Source: Candidatus Thorarchaeota archaeon
GTDB taxonomy: Archaea; Asgardarchaeota; Thorarchaeia; Thorarchaeales; Thorarchaeaceae
DNA length: 64,000 bases
Direction: 5' to 3'
Assembly (NCBI GenBank): GCA_003345545.1
Contig: PRDH01000026.1
Location: 64,001 to 128,000 of the forward strand
Numbering within the stretch: the stretch's first letter is position 1; each line of letters begins with the position of its first letter. This document shows positions 55,947-64,000 of this stretch, one piece after another. A model generated the notes under the pieces. That model was not told where the DNA came from and did not search any database. It was given only the letters and a program-made list of their open reading frames with translations. Both the position numbers and the translations under genes were made by a program.

Positions 55947-56178
55947 TTATTTACCCTCCTTAAGCCAAAGGATGAAACAGAGTTATCGTAACGGTCTTAT
56001 ATAAATGCTGTCTGTGTACGCTAATTGGGCGCGAAATCAATGCTCTAAGTCCAATCTCCTATGAAGGGTCATTTTGTTCCCTCGAATTGAGGTAATGATT
56101 CATCAATCATATCTGATATTCTGACTGTCGATGGGTCGAATCTCAACCATGATAGACAATTCGTCACCTTTATAGCGC

Positions 56179-56186
56179 TTATAAAA
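56179..56186 (+). promoter_or_regulatory. TATA box of the tbp pair
   Basis: TTATAAAA upstream of 56244. Confidence 0.55.
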
Positions 56187-56243
56187 GGGAGTTCTGTATC
56201 ATCTGATTCACTATGAAAGGGAGAGATTCATATTACACGCCCA

Positions 56244-56840
56244 TTGCCCCATACGAGAATTGAGAACGTTGTCGCATCTGTTGTTGTGAACCAACCATTC
56301 GACCTGGACGAAATAGCAGCTACTATGCCCAACGTTGAGTTTGATCCAGAACAATTCCCCGGCCTAGTCTACCGGCTCAAGAAACCAAAGACCGCTACGC
56401 TTGTCTTCAGAACAGGCAAGATGGTCTGTACTGGCGCTAAGAGCGAGAAAGATGCAAGACGGGCAGTGCACCGAATTGTTCAGAATCTTAAGGATGCTGG
56501 AATCGAGGTCACAGGCAAGCCGATTATCACTGTGCAAAACATAGTGGCAAGTGCGAGCCTAGGTGCTGAACTGAATCTCGAACTAGCAGCCATGAAGCTT
56601 GAGAATACCATGTACGAGCCTGAGCAGTTCCCAGGACTGATATACAGGATGAAGGATCCCAAGGTCGTCATACTTCTCTTCGGCTCAGGCAAGCTCGTCA
56701 TTACAGGCGCGAAATTCGAGGACCAAATCGATGAGGCAGCTCTCAAGGCCAGAGATCGCCTCTTCGAGCTCGGAGTGATTAGGATTCCAGAGGGTGAAGA
56801 TTGGGGTCAAGTCGAAGAAGCAGACGAAGACAATTGGTAG
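56244..56840 (+). CDS. tbp: TATA-binding protein 1
   Basis: IENVVAS, FDPEQFPGLVYR, GKMVCTGAKS, VQNIVAS, YEPEQFPGLIYR, LLFGSGKLVITG. Confidence 0.96.
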   Translation: MPHTRIENVVASVVVNQPFDLDEIAATMPNVEFDPEQFPGLVYRLKKPKTATLVFRTGKMVCTGAKSEKDARRAVHRIVQNLKDAGIEVTGKPIITVQNIVASASLGAELNLELAAMKLENTMYEPEQFPGLIYRMKDPKVVILLFGSGKLVITGAKFEDQIDEAALKARDRLFELGVIRIPEGEDWGQVEEADEDNW

Positions 56841-56857
56841 ACATAGGAGACCGTACT

Positions 56858-57466
56858 ATGCCCCAACCAACACCGACGACTAGAATCGAAAACGTTGTTG
56901 CATCTGTTGTTTTCAATCAGTCATTCGACCTGGATGAAATAGCGGCGACGATGCCAAATGTGGAGTTCGACCCAGAACGATTCCCAGGGCTCGTATACAG
57001 ATTGAAGTCTCCCAAGACTGCAACCTTAGTATTCAATACCGGCAAGATGGTATGCACGGGTGCCAAGTCCGAGAAGGAAGCAAGGAGAGCAGTTCATAAA
57101 ATCGTGAAGCTTGTCAATGAAGCTGGAATCAACATGTCTCGGAAACCGATAATCACTGTCCAGAATATTGTTGCCAGTGCGAATCTCGGAGCAGAGTTGA
57201 ACCTTGAGCTTGCAGCGATGAAGCTTGAAAACACTCTCTACGAACCGGAGCAATTCCCAGGACTGATCTATAGAATGCGAGACCCGAAAGTTGTCATTCT
57301 CCTCTTCGGGTCTGGTAAGCTGGTAATCACAGGAGCAAAGTTTGAGCCCCAGATTCAAGAGGCCGCTGAGAAAGCTTTTGATCGGCTGTTGGAGTTGGGC
57401 GTTGTAAGAATTCCTGAAGGTGAACACTGGGGACAAGCAGAATCTGATGAAGATGAGAATTGGTGA
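56858..57466 (+). CDS. tbp: TATA-binding protein 2 (tandem paralog)
   Basis: Same motifs as TBP1; start ATG 56858 after AGGAGA. Confidence 0.96.
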   Translation: MPQPTPTTRIENVVASVVFNQSFDLDEIAATMPNVEFDPERFPGLVYRLKSPKTATLVFNTGKMVCTGAKSEKEARRAVHKIVKLVNEAGINMSRKPIITVQNIVASANLGAELNLELAAMKLENTLYEPEQFPGLIYRMRDPKVVILLFGSGKLVITGAKFEPQIQEAAEKAFDRLLELGVVRIPEGEHWGQAESDEDENW

Positions 57467-57641
57467 TGTACTCGATTTCTGAGTATGTCGAGGCCTTCTC
57501 CTCATGATTGATAATCTAGGTTTCTCTGATTCAGAAAGTGAGTATGTAGGCTCTGGAGCCAATAGAATGGGTGATTTTGATATTGACCTCATCATCCTGC
57601 TTAGGACCAAATCACTCAAAATCGCATGGTTAGAAAGTTAA
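57466..57641 (+). pseudogene. Possible degraded Pol-beta-type nucleotidyltransferase remnant
   Basis: YVGSGANRMGDFDIDLIIL motif in a 45-aa ORF (57504-57641), one frameshift from an ATG overlapping the TBP2 stop. Confidence 0.3.
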
Positions 57642-57773
57642 CCCTCGATTCTCACGTTGGGATTTGAATTCTCTATACAGGCATTAGGATTGCAGGTTGT
57701 CACAAGCATCTTGGCATTAGTCAGGATTCCGTTGAAGTTAAGTACTAGAGATTCGTGTGTGTCACAGTGGTTT

Positions 57774-59210
57774 ATGGTGAAGACCGGAAACGAATATCTG
57801 CAGAAAATCTCTCAGATGAAACCGAATGTTATTATTGGCGGGAAGAATGTCAAACGTAGTGACCCTCGACTTCAAGCAGTTGCTCACGTTATGGCACTGA
57901 CATTAGATAAAGTTGAGGACCCGGAGTTCAAGGATCTTCTCAATGTAGAATCTCCGAAATTTGGAACAATCAATCGATTCACAAATATCCATCGAAATGT
58001 TGATGACCTTCTAAAGAAGCAGGAATTGACGAGGAAGTTATGTCGCGAAACCGGGGGCTGCATTTTTCGGTGTATGGGCATTGATGCAATGAATGCACTG
58101 TCAATCATCACTCATCGAGCTGAGGCAATGACTGGGCAACCCTATAATCAGAGATTCCTGAAGTATCTAGATTACTGGCAAGAGAACAATATTGTTGGTT
58201 GTTGCGCACAGACAGACCCCAAGGGAAACAGAAACCTGAGACCTCATGAACAAGCAGACCCTGATCTATACCTACGAGTCATTGAACATCGCGATGACGG
58301 TATTGTTGTTCGAGGGGCGAAGAATCACATAACAGCTGCCGCTGTGGCGGAGGAAATCATAGTTCTCCCTACACGAATGCTCACTCCTGAGGAGGACCAA
58401 TATGCTGTTGCGTTTGCGGTTCCTGGCGATTGGGACGGTGTAAAGCTTGTTACTCGCGCATCCAGCCACAAACGCGAGAAGTTCGCGTGCCCAATGGGTG
58501 ACCTTGGAGATGTGGAGAATTTCGTGATCTTTGACGATGTCTTTATTCCAAATGATCGTGTCTTTCTAAGTGGAAGCAAAGGAGAACATGCATTTGGAGG
58601 ATATGCCGCACTGCTCTTCGCACTCTATCATCGACACAGCTATACCGGATGCAAACCAGCAAGTTCGGAGATCATCCTAGGCTTCAGTGCATTGGCAAGT
58701 GAGTATAATGGAGTCGAGGACAAGAAGCACGTGCAAGCAAAACTTGCTGACTTGATTAGCGTATGTGAACTGGTCTACGCAGCCGGAATTGCTGCGGCGT
58801 ATAAGGGATCAAAGGATGAATCAGGGACAATGATTCCAGATGCCGTCTTCTGCAATGTCGGAAGAAAGCACGCAGGGAAGAGCTACTATCACGAGCTTGA
58901 GATTCTCTCCGATCTAGCAGGAGGACTACCTGCAACGCTTCCTACTGAAGAGGACTTCTATGATAAGAAGATTGGGCCGCTCCTTCAGAAATATATCAAA
59001 CGAAAAGAAGACGTGTCGTCTGAAGATGTCTACAGGCTGTACCGAGCTCTCTCAGATATGCTATGTTCCTCGATTGGAGGCGTAACGGCAGTAGCTGGGC
59101 TTCATGGCGGAGGGAGCCCACAAATGGAGGATGTCGCCATTCTGAAAGGGTACGACGTAGAATTGAGGAAGAGAATCGCAAAGAAACTTGCAGGAATCCC
59201 TGACAGCTGA
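57774..59210 (+). CDS. abfD: 4-hydroxybutyryl-CoA dehydratase-like protein (AbfD/HpaB family)
   Basis: GGCIFRCMGIDA and HRHSYTGCK Fe-S ligand motifs, QTDPKGNR, VVRGAK.H, HGGGSP; probable start ATG 57774. Confidence 0.85.
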   Translation: MVKTGNEYLQKISQMKPNVIIGGKNVKRSDPRLQAVAHVMALTLDKVEDPEFKDLLNVESPKFGTINRFTNIHRNVDDLLKKQELTRKLCRETGGCIFRCMGIDAMNALSIITHRAEAMTGQPYNQRFLKYLDYWQENNIVGCCAQTDPKGNRNLRPHEQADPDLYLRVIEHRDDGIVVRGAKNHITAAAVAEEIIVLPTRMLTPEEDQYAVAFAVPGDWDGVKLVTRASSHKREKFACPMGDLGDVENFVIFDDVFIPNDRVFLSGSKGEHAFGGYAALLFALYHRHSYTGCKPASSEIILGFSALASEYNGVEDKKHVQAKLADLISVCELVYAAGIAAAYKGSKDESGTMIPDAVFCNVGRKHAGKSYYHELEILSDLAGGLPATLPTEEDFYDKKIGPLLQKYIKRKEDVSSEDVYRLYRALSDMLCSSIGGVTAVAGLHGGGSPQMEDVAILKGYDVELRKRIAKKLAGIPDS

Positions 59211-59279
59211 TTTCTCGAATTGTACGCTATCCTGTGATCCACGCTGACCGAGCAAATTTCATGAAGATGTGAAGCAGCC

Positions 59280-60101
59280 ATGAGTTCATCCAGAACAGGT
59301 ACCAGAGGGATATTGGTATCTTTTGATGAGCCGTTTTTTACCAATGTCTACATCATATTCGGAAATGAACATGTGTTTGTGCTTGACACATTTCTTGGCA
59401 ATGACCCAATGAAGATTGTACGTCATTTGATAGAAGATGAGGGATGTGCAAGTATGCCCTTAATCATCTTCAATTCACATGCTGACTATGACCACTACTG
59501 GGGCAATGGTGCCTTCAAGGATGCGTCAATTGTAGGACATGAACATTGTCGTCAGAGAATCATTTCTGAGGGCGAGGCGTCTCTCGTGAAGTATGCAAAC
59601 CATGTGAGAGGCAAGGTGGAGTTGCTACCACCCACACGTACATTTCAAGAAGCCTTGAGGTATGAGGATGAAGAGGTGGCATTCTTCCATACTCCTGGGC
59701 ATACTCTTGATTCATCATCCTGCTTTGATGACAAAGACAGAATTCTCTTTGTAGGGGACAATGTTGAGAGTCCAATTCCTTACCTGAATCACGCTAATTT
59801 TGAGGAGTATATTCGAAGTCTGGAGTCATATCTCGAACTTGATTGGAAACTCATCATTGCCGGTCATGATCCCCCCCTGAGAGAATCGCACCTCATCAAA
59901 CGAAACATTGACTACCTACGCAAGTTCAAAGATTGGAGCATTGACCTTGGTGCATTAAGTAGTTCTGAACTTCATCGCCATATTCATGACAATCTAAAAA
60001 CAATCAGAGCTGAACTAATCAGAAGCAAGGATAGGCAAGCGGCAATGAAACATCTTGAAGAGGCTAGGGAATACACCACTCTCAAGACACTACGACCCTG
60101 A
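59280..60101 (+). CDS. MBL-fold metallo-hydrolase
   Basis: NSHADYDHYWGN, TPGHT, FVGD, AGH. Confidence 0.9.
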   Translation: MSSSRTGTRGILVSFDEPFFTNVYIIFGNEHVFVLDTFLGNDPMKIVRHLIEDEGCASMPLIIFNSHADYDHYWGNGAFKDASIVGHEHCRQRIISEGEASLVKYANHVRGKVELLPPTRTFQEALRYEDEEVAFFHTPGHTLDSSSCFDDKDRILFVGDNVESPIPYLNHANFEEYIRSLESYLELDWKLIIAGHDPPLRESHLIKRNIDYLRKFKDWSIDLGALSSSELHRHIHDNLKTIRAELIRSKDRQAAMKHLEEAREYTTLKTLRP

Positions 60102-60128
60102 GGTGCTGAAGGCAAACTGTCAGTGGTT

Positions 60129-61808
60129 CTATTGTTTTGCCTTCATGGCTTCTTGCTCTTTCAGATCCCTTCGAAGCACTTTGCCCACCAGTGTTTCGGG
60201 AAGTTCCTTTCTAAACTCGACGGACTTGGGAACTTTGTAGGGTGAAACACTCTTTCGGCAAAACTCCCGAATTCCATTCTCAAGCTCAGGGCTTCCCTTG
60301 AATCCTTCTTTCAAGACTACATATGCTTTGACGAGCTCACTTCCCTTCATCTTTGGGTCTGGAATACCAATGACAGCCGCGTTCTCGATGGCTTCATGCT
60401 CAAAGAGCACATCTTCCACTTCCCGTGGATAGACCTTGAATCCACTGACATCAATCATGTCCTTCTTTCTATCCATTATGAAGAAGTATCCATCCTCGTC
60501 CATTCTTCCTATGTCGCCGGTCAGGAGCCATCCATCTTTAATCTGGTCAGCTGTGGCCGCTGGTTTGTTCCAATAGCCCATCATGACCTGCGGACCCCTA
60601 ATCATTATCTCTCCCTGCTCTCCTATGGGCATGATTTTTCTGTAGTCATCGGTATCCACGATTCTTACCTCTGTGTCTGGAAGTGGTACGCCAATTGATC
60701 CTATTTTCCGTACTCCTTTGATAGGATTGCTGTGAGTGACTGGAGAGCATTCAGTAAGCCCGTATCCTTCAATTACGACGCAGCCAGTTCTCTTCTCAAA
60801 CTCATGCAAGACTTCGGGAGGCATAGCTGCAGCGCCAGTATTGCAGAATCGTATTGACCTCAGGTCCTTTGCATAGTCCTCGAGGTCATCGCGTTCTAGC
60901 AATTTCATGTACATCGTTGGCACGCCAGGAAACATCGATGGTTTGGTCTCTCGAACAATCTCGAACAGTGATTTCTGATCTCGAGCATCAGGATTCAAAG
61001 CAATCCGAGAAGCATTGTATACCCAAACGTTCATACACACTGTCATTCCGTAAATATGGAATAAAGGCAAGTTAGTAAGTCCGGTTTCCTTTCCTCGTTG
61101 CATTTGCGAAGAAACCAAGGTGTGCACAGCAATACAGTTTGAAAGCAAGTTACGATGTGTAAGCATGGCTCCTTTCGGGAGTCCTGAAGTCCCACCTGTA
61201 TATTGAAGCACTGCGATCGTTTTCTTAGGATCGATTTTGAACTGAGGAGGACTAGGTTTTGTTTTGCCTATCAAGTTCAGAAACTGTATCGTTCCCGCAA
61301 TTTCAGGGGGGTTTCTTGGAGCATTTGGAATAAAGTCCATGACACTAGTAATGATGATGTTCCTGAGTCGCGTGCGGTCCTTGATATTGTTGATTTTCTC
61401 AAGCTGAGCATCCCAAGCTATGATGGTTTCAGCCCCGGAATCATTAAGCTGGAATGCCAGCTCAGGCTCGGTCAATAACACGCTGCATGCTGTTACAGTC
61501 CCGCCTGCTTTTAGAATCCCATAGAAACTGAATAGGTATTGCGGAAAGTTCGGAATCATGATTGCGACTGTATCACCTTGCTTCACACCCAGATTCCGAA
61601 GTGCAGTTGCAAGTCGGTCAGCTATATCCTTGAACTCCTTATATGATATCTTTCTCTTCATGAACCAGATTGCAGTACAACCTCCGAAATCATTTGCAGA
61701 ATTGTCCAGTATCTCATATAGATTCATTTCAGGATAGTCTATGTGTTCAGGTACACCTTGGTCATAGTGTTTCAACCATGGTTTAGCCGCATATGGGTCT
61801 TCGCTCAT
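60129..61808 (-). CDS. Long-chain fatty acid--CoA ligase
   Basis: QYTGGTSGLPKG, EGYGLTE, GWLLTGD, DRKKDMI, VGKVLRR. Confidence 0.93.
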   Translation of the reverse strand: MSEDPYAAKPWLKHYDQGVPEHIDYPEMNLYEILDNSANDFGGCTAIWFMKRKISYKEFKDIADRLATALRNLGVKQGDTVAIMIPNFPQYLFSFYGILKAGGTVTACSVLLTEPELAFQLNDSGAETIIAWDAQLEKINNIKDRTRLRNIIITSVMDFIPNAPRNPPEIAGTIQFLNLIGKTKPSPPQFKIDPKKTIAVLQYTGGTSGLPKGAMLTHRNLLSNCIAVHTLVSSQMQRGKETGLTNLPLFHIYGMTVCMNVWVYNASRIALNPDARDQKSLFEIVRETKPSMFPGVPTMYMKLLERDDLEDYAKDLRSIRFCNTGAAAMPPEVLHEFEKRTGCVVIEGYGLTECSPVTHSNPIKGVRKIGSIGVPLPDTEVRIVDTDDYRKIMPIGEQGEIMIRGPQVMMGYWNKPAATADQIKDGWLLTGDIGRMDEDGYFFIMDRKKDMIDVSGFKVYPREVEDVLFEHEAIENAAVIGIPDPKMKGSELVKAYVVLKEGFKGSPELENGIREFCRKSVSPYKVPKSVEFRKELPETLVGKVLRRDLKEQEAMKAKQ

Positions 61809-61823
61809 CTCAATCGGCTTGTC

Positions 61824-63167
61824 TTATTGCTCTCCACCTATTAAGTCAAGTGCTTCTTGAGCAGCCTCAGAAACATAATCATACTCGTCCTCGAGCAGAT
61901 TCGTTAGAGCTGGGATAAGGCTAGCATTCGATATTCCCACCTTTCCAAGAGCCTCTGACGCACGCCATCTAACATCTGGTTTCTTATCGCCTAATGCGAC
62001 CACAAGGGCAGGAACTGAAGCAGAAGCAGATGCACCTAGTTTTCCAAGACTTAGTGCAGCTTCACGCCGCACAATGCTCTCCTCGTCTGTCAGAGCATCC
62101 ATCAATGCTTGGACAACCGAGTCATCTGGAACTCCGATTCTGCCTAATGCACTGGCGGCTTCTGCACGAACATCAGTCCCAACACCTTTCAAAATCGTGA
62201 TTAGAGTCGGAATTGCATCTACAGCCTCCCTGCCAATGCCTCCAATCGTAGAGATTATTATTATCTTCATTTGTTTTCTGGCGGGTATATACGAGTTCAC
62301 TAGTGAAGGAATCGCATCTCTTCCAATTGACCGGAGCGCGTCAGCTGCTTTTCCACGAACACTCTCAACTTTGTCTTCCAGGAGTGATGCTACTGAGCCA
62401 ACTATCTTCTTGTCAGCTACTTTCATCTCGCCTAAAGCTTCTATTGCCCCCTGTCGGACAACTGGATTCGGGTCGTTAAGAACTTCTAGAATCGATGGGA
62501 TAGCTGGCTCGCGAATTTGAACAAGCGTGTTTATTGATCTATATCGAACTCTCCAATCATCGTCTTCCAGAGTCTTGATTAGAGTTGGAATTGCCTCGCT
62601 TGAGCCTTTGCCAATTCTCTCTATAGCTTGAGCCGATGCGGTCCTTATGGTCCAACCTGGATCCCTCAGACTCTGTATCAATCTTGGGATCGCTTTGTGT
62701 GCACCATGTCCCATCTTTCCCAAGGTCTTTGCAGCTTCAGTTCGAACCTCTTCATCCTGATCATCAAGGGCTGCAATTAGTCTTGAAATAGCCTCATCTG
62801 AGGCAATTCCGATTCTGCCTAGGGAAACTGCTGCCTCTCTTCTAATTGACACTTCTTGGTCACTTAGTAGAAAAGATAATTTGGGGGTGGCGTCAACTGC
62901 GGCCTCCCCGATTCTTCCAAGCGATTTTGTGGCTTCTCGACAGATACTCCAATCATTATCCTCTAGGCAGTCTATTAGTTCTGAAACACTGCTGGCAGCT
63001 CTTTCACCCAGTTCTCCTAGGGATAGTGCTGCATTGAATCGAACTGAACGAATGTCGCTAGTGAGACACTTGACTATCTCACCTATGACGCTTGAATCCT
63101 TCTCCGCTCTTGCTACAACTAATTCAACTTTCGCATCACGCAGAAGGTCTTCCAAAGATGCTGACAT
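61824..63167 (-). CDS. HEAT (PBS-lyase-like) repeat protein
   Basis: About 13 repeats of L.D.D..VR..AA..LG.IG. Confidence 0.92.
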   Translation of the reverse strand: MSASLEDLLRDAKVELVVARAEKDSSVIGEIVKCLTSDIRSVRFNAALSLGELGERAASSVSELIDCLEDNDWSICREATKSLGRIGEAAVDATPKLSFLLSDQEVSIRREAAVSLGRIGIASDEAISRLIAALDDQDEEVRTEAAKTLGKMGHGAHKAIPRLIQSLRDPGWTIRTASAQAIERIGKGSSEAIPTLIKTLEDDDWRVRYRSINTLVQIREPAIPSILEVLNDPNPVVRQGAIEALGEMKVADKKIVGSVASLLEDKVESVRGKAADALRSIGRDAIPSLVNSYIPARKQMKIIIISTIGGIGREAVDAIPTLITILKGVGTDVRAEAASALGRIGVPDDSVVQALMDALTDEESIVRREAALSLGKLGASASASVPALVVALGDKKPDVRWRASEALGKVGISNASLIPALTNLLEDEYDYVSEAAQEALDLIGGEQ

Positions 63168-63178
63168 TTCGACACTTC

Positions 63179-63892
63179 CTATATCCCAAGGTATACTCTC
63201 TTGATTCGAGGCTCCCTTTCGAGTTCTTCTCTTGTTCCACTCAACTCTATCTTTCCATCTTCAAGGACATGAATGGTATCAGCAACTTCCATTGCCAATA
63301 CTGCATCCTGCTCGACCAAGAGAGTGGTGGTTCCCTCTTGTTTTATCTGCCTTATGGCTTCAAAAATCCTGTCCTTGACCCTTGGCGCAAGTCCCAGTGA
63401 AGGTTCGTCCAGAAGCAAGAATCTTGGATTGGCCATTAGTGACCTGGCGATGGCCAGCATTTGTTGTTCACCGCCACTCAGAGTACCAGCTCTCTGTTTG
63501 GTTCGTTCATGGAGTCTTGGAAAAATCTCAAACACGAAGTCCAAGAGCTTTGAATACTTCGCTTTGTCTTTCAAAGTGTATGCGCCTAGCTCAATATTCT
63601 CCATGACAGTCATGTCATAGAACAATCGTCTACGTTCTGGACAATGAGCAATACCTCTTTGAGCAATCTCATGCGCCTTCAGTTCATCAATCCTTTCTCC
63701 TTCGAAGATGATTCTCCCGCGGTCTATCTCCTCCAGTCCCGAGATAGCTCGAAGTAGAGTGGATTTTCCAGCACCATTTGGACCAATTACAGCATCTAGT
63801 GCATTAGCTTCCACTGTGAGGTTGATCTCTTCAAGAGCTTTTGCTTTTCCGTAGTAGAGATAGACTTTCTTCAGCTCAAGCAAACTCTTCAC
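63179..63892 (-). CDS. livF: Branched-chain amino acid-type ABC ATPase (LivF-like)
   Basis: GPNGAGKST, PERRRLF, LSGGEQQMLAIAR, LDEPSLGLAP, VEQ. Confidence 0.9.
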   Translation of the reverse strand: MKSLLELKKVYLYYGKAKALEEINLTVEANALDAVIGPNGAGKSTLLRAISGLEEIDRGRIIFEGERIDELKAHEIAQRGIAHCPERRRLFYDMTVMENIELGAYTLKDKAKYSKLLDFVFEIFPRLHERTKQRAGTLSGGEQQMLAIARSLMANPRFLLLDEPSLGLAPRVKDRIFEAIRQIKQEGTTTLLVEQDAVLAMEVADTIHVLEDGKIELSGTREELEREPRIKRVYLGI

Positions 63893-64000
63893 CTCTGCCT
63901 AAGTATGCCTCAAGAACAATCCTGTTGTTTGCGACCTCCTTCGGCGGTCCTTCTGCAATCAACCTTCCTTGATGCATGGCAATGACTCTCGGTACTAGTG
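63876..64000 (-). CDS. livG: C-terminal fragment of a LivG-like ABC ATPase (truncated by window)
   Basis: ...VIAMHQGRLIAEGPPKEVANNRIVLEAYLG*. Confidence 0.8.
   Translation of the reverse strand, partial: LVPRVIAMHQGRLIAEGPPKEVANNRIVLEAYLGRGEEFA

Noticed and set aside
56244-57466. Assembly artefact duplicating tbp
   Set aside because: The copies differ at many synonymous and several amino-acid positions
1-64000. CRISPR arrays, IS elements, integrases, rRNA
   Set aside because: No spaced direct repeats, transposase or integrase motifs, or rRNA signatures seen by eye

Overview
Archaeal chromosomal DNA, most likely Asgard (Thorarchaeia-like). This is inferred from TBP, archaeal TyrRS, IOR, DUF22, the LRR/HEAT proteins and giant Ig-rich membrane proteins. 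Gene density is high. I saw no rRNA, tRNA, CRISPR array or transposase. Main content: (1) two translationally coupled paralogous giant single-pass surface proteins (2899 and 2585 aa) with Ig-like repeats and a conserved cytoplasmic tail, one carrying an inserted NHL propeller; (2) tyrS and a four-gene operon (DUF362, polyprenyl-phosphate phosphoribosyltransferase, PHP phosphoesterase, LPG-synthase-like membrane protein) suggesting a lipid-linked pentose pathway; (3) a PPP phosphatase, a long PIN-domain protein and a candidate ~150-nt structured ncRNA; (4) a MacB/FtsX-type ABC system; (5) iorAB flanked by ferritin-like, CxxS redoxin and TrxB-family genes, plus PDO and dsrEFH; (6) a 48-aa His/Arg-rich small ORF missing from the ORF track, with its own SD, structured leader and terminator; (7) tandem TBP paralogs; (8) peptide and acyl-CoA catabolism genes. 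All calls come from reading motifs by eye; no searches or folding programs were run.
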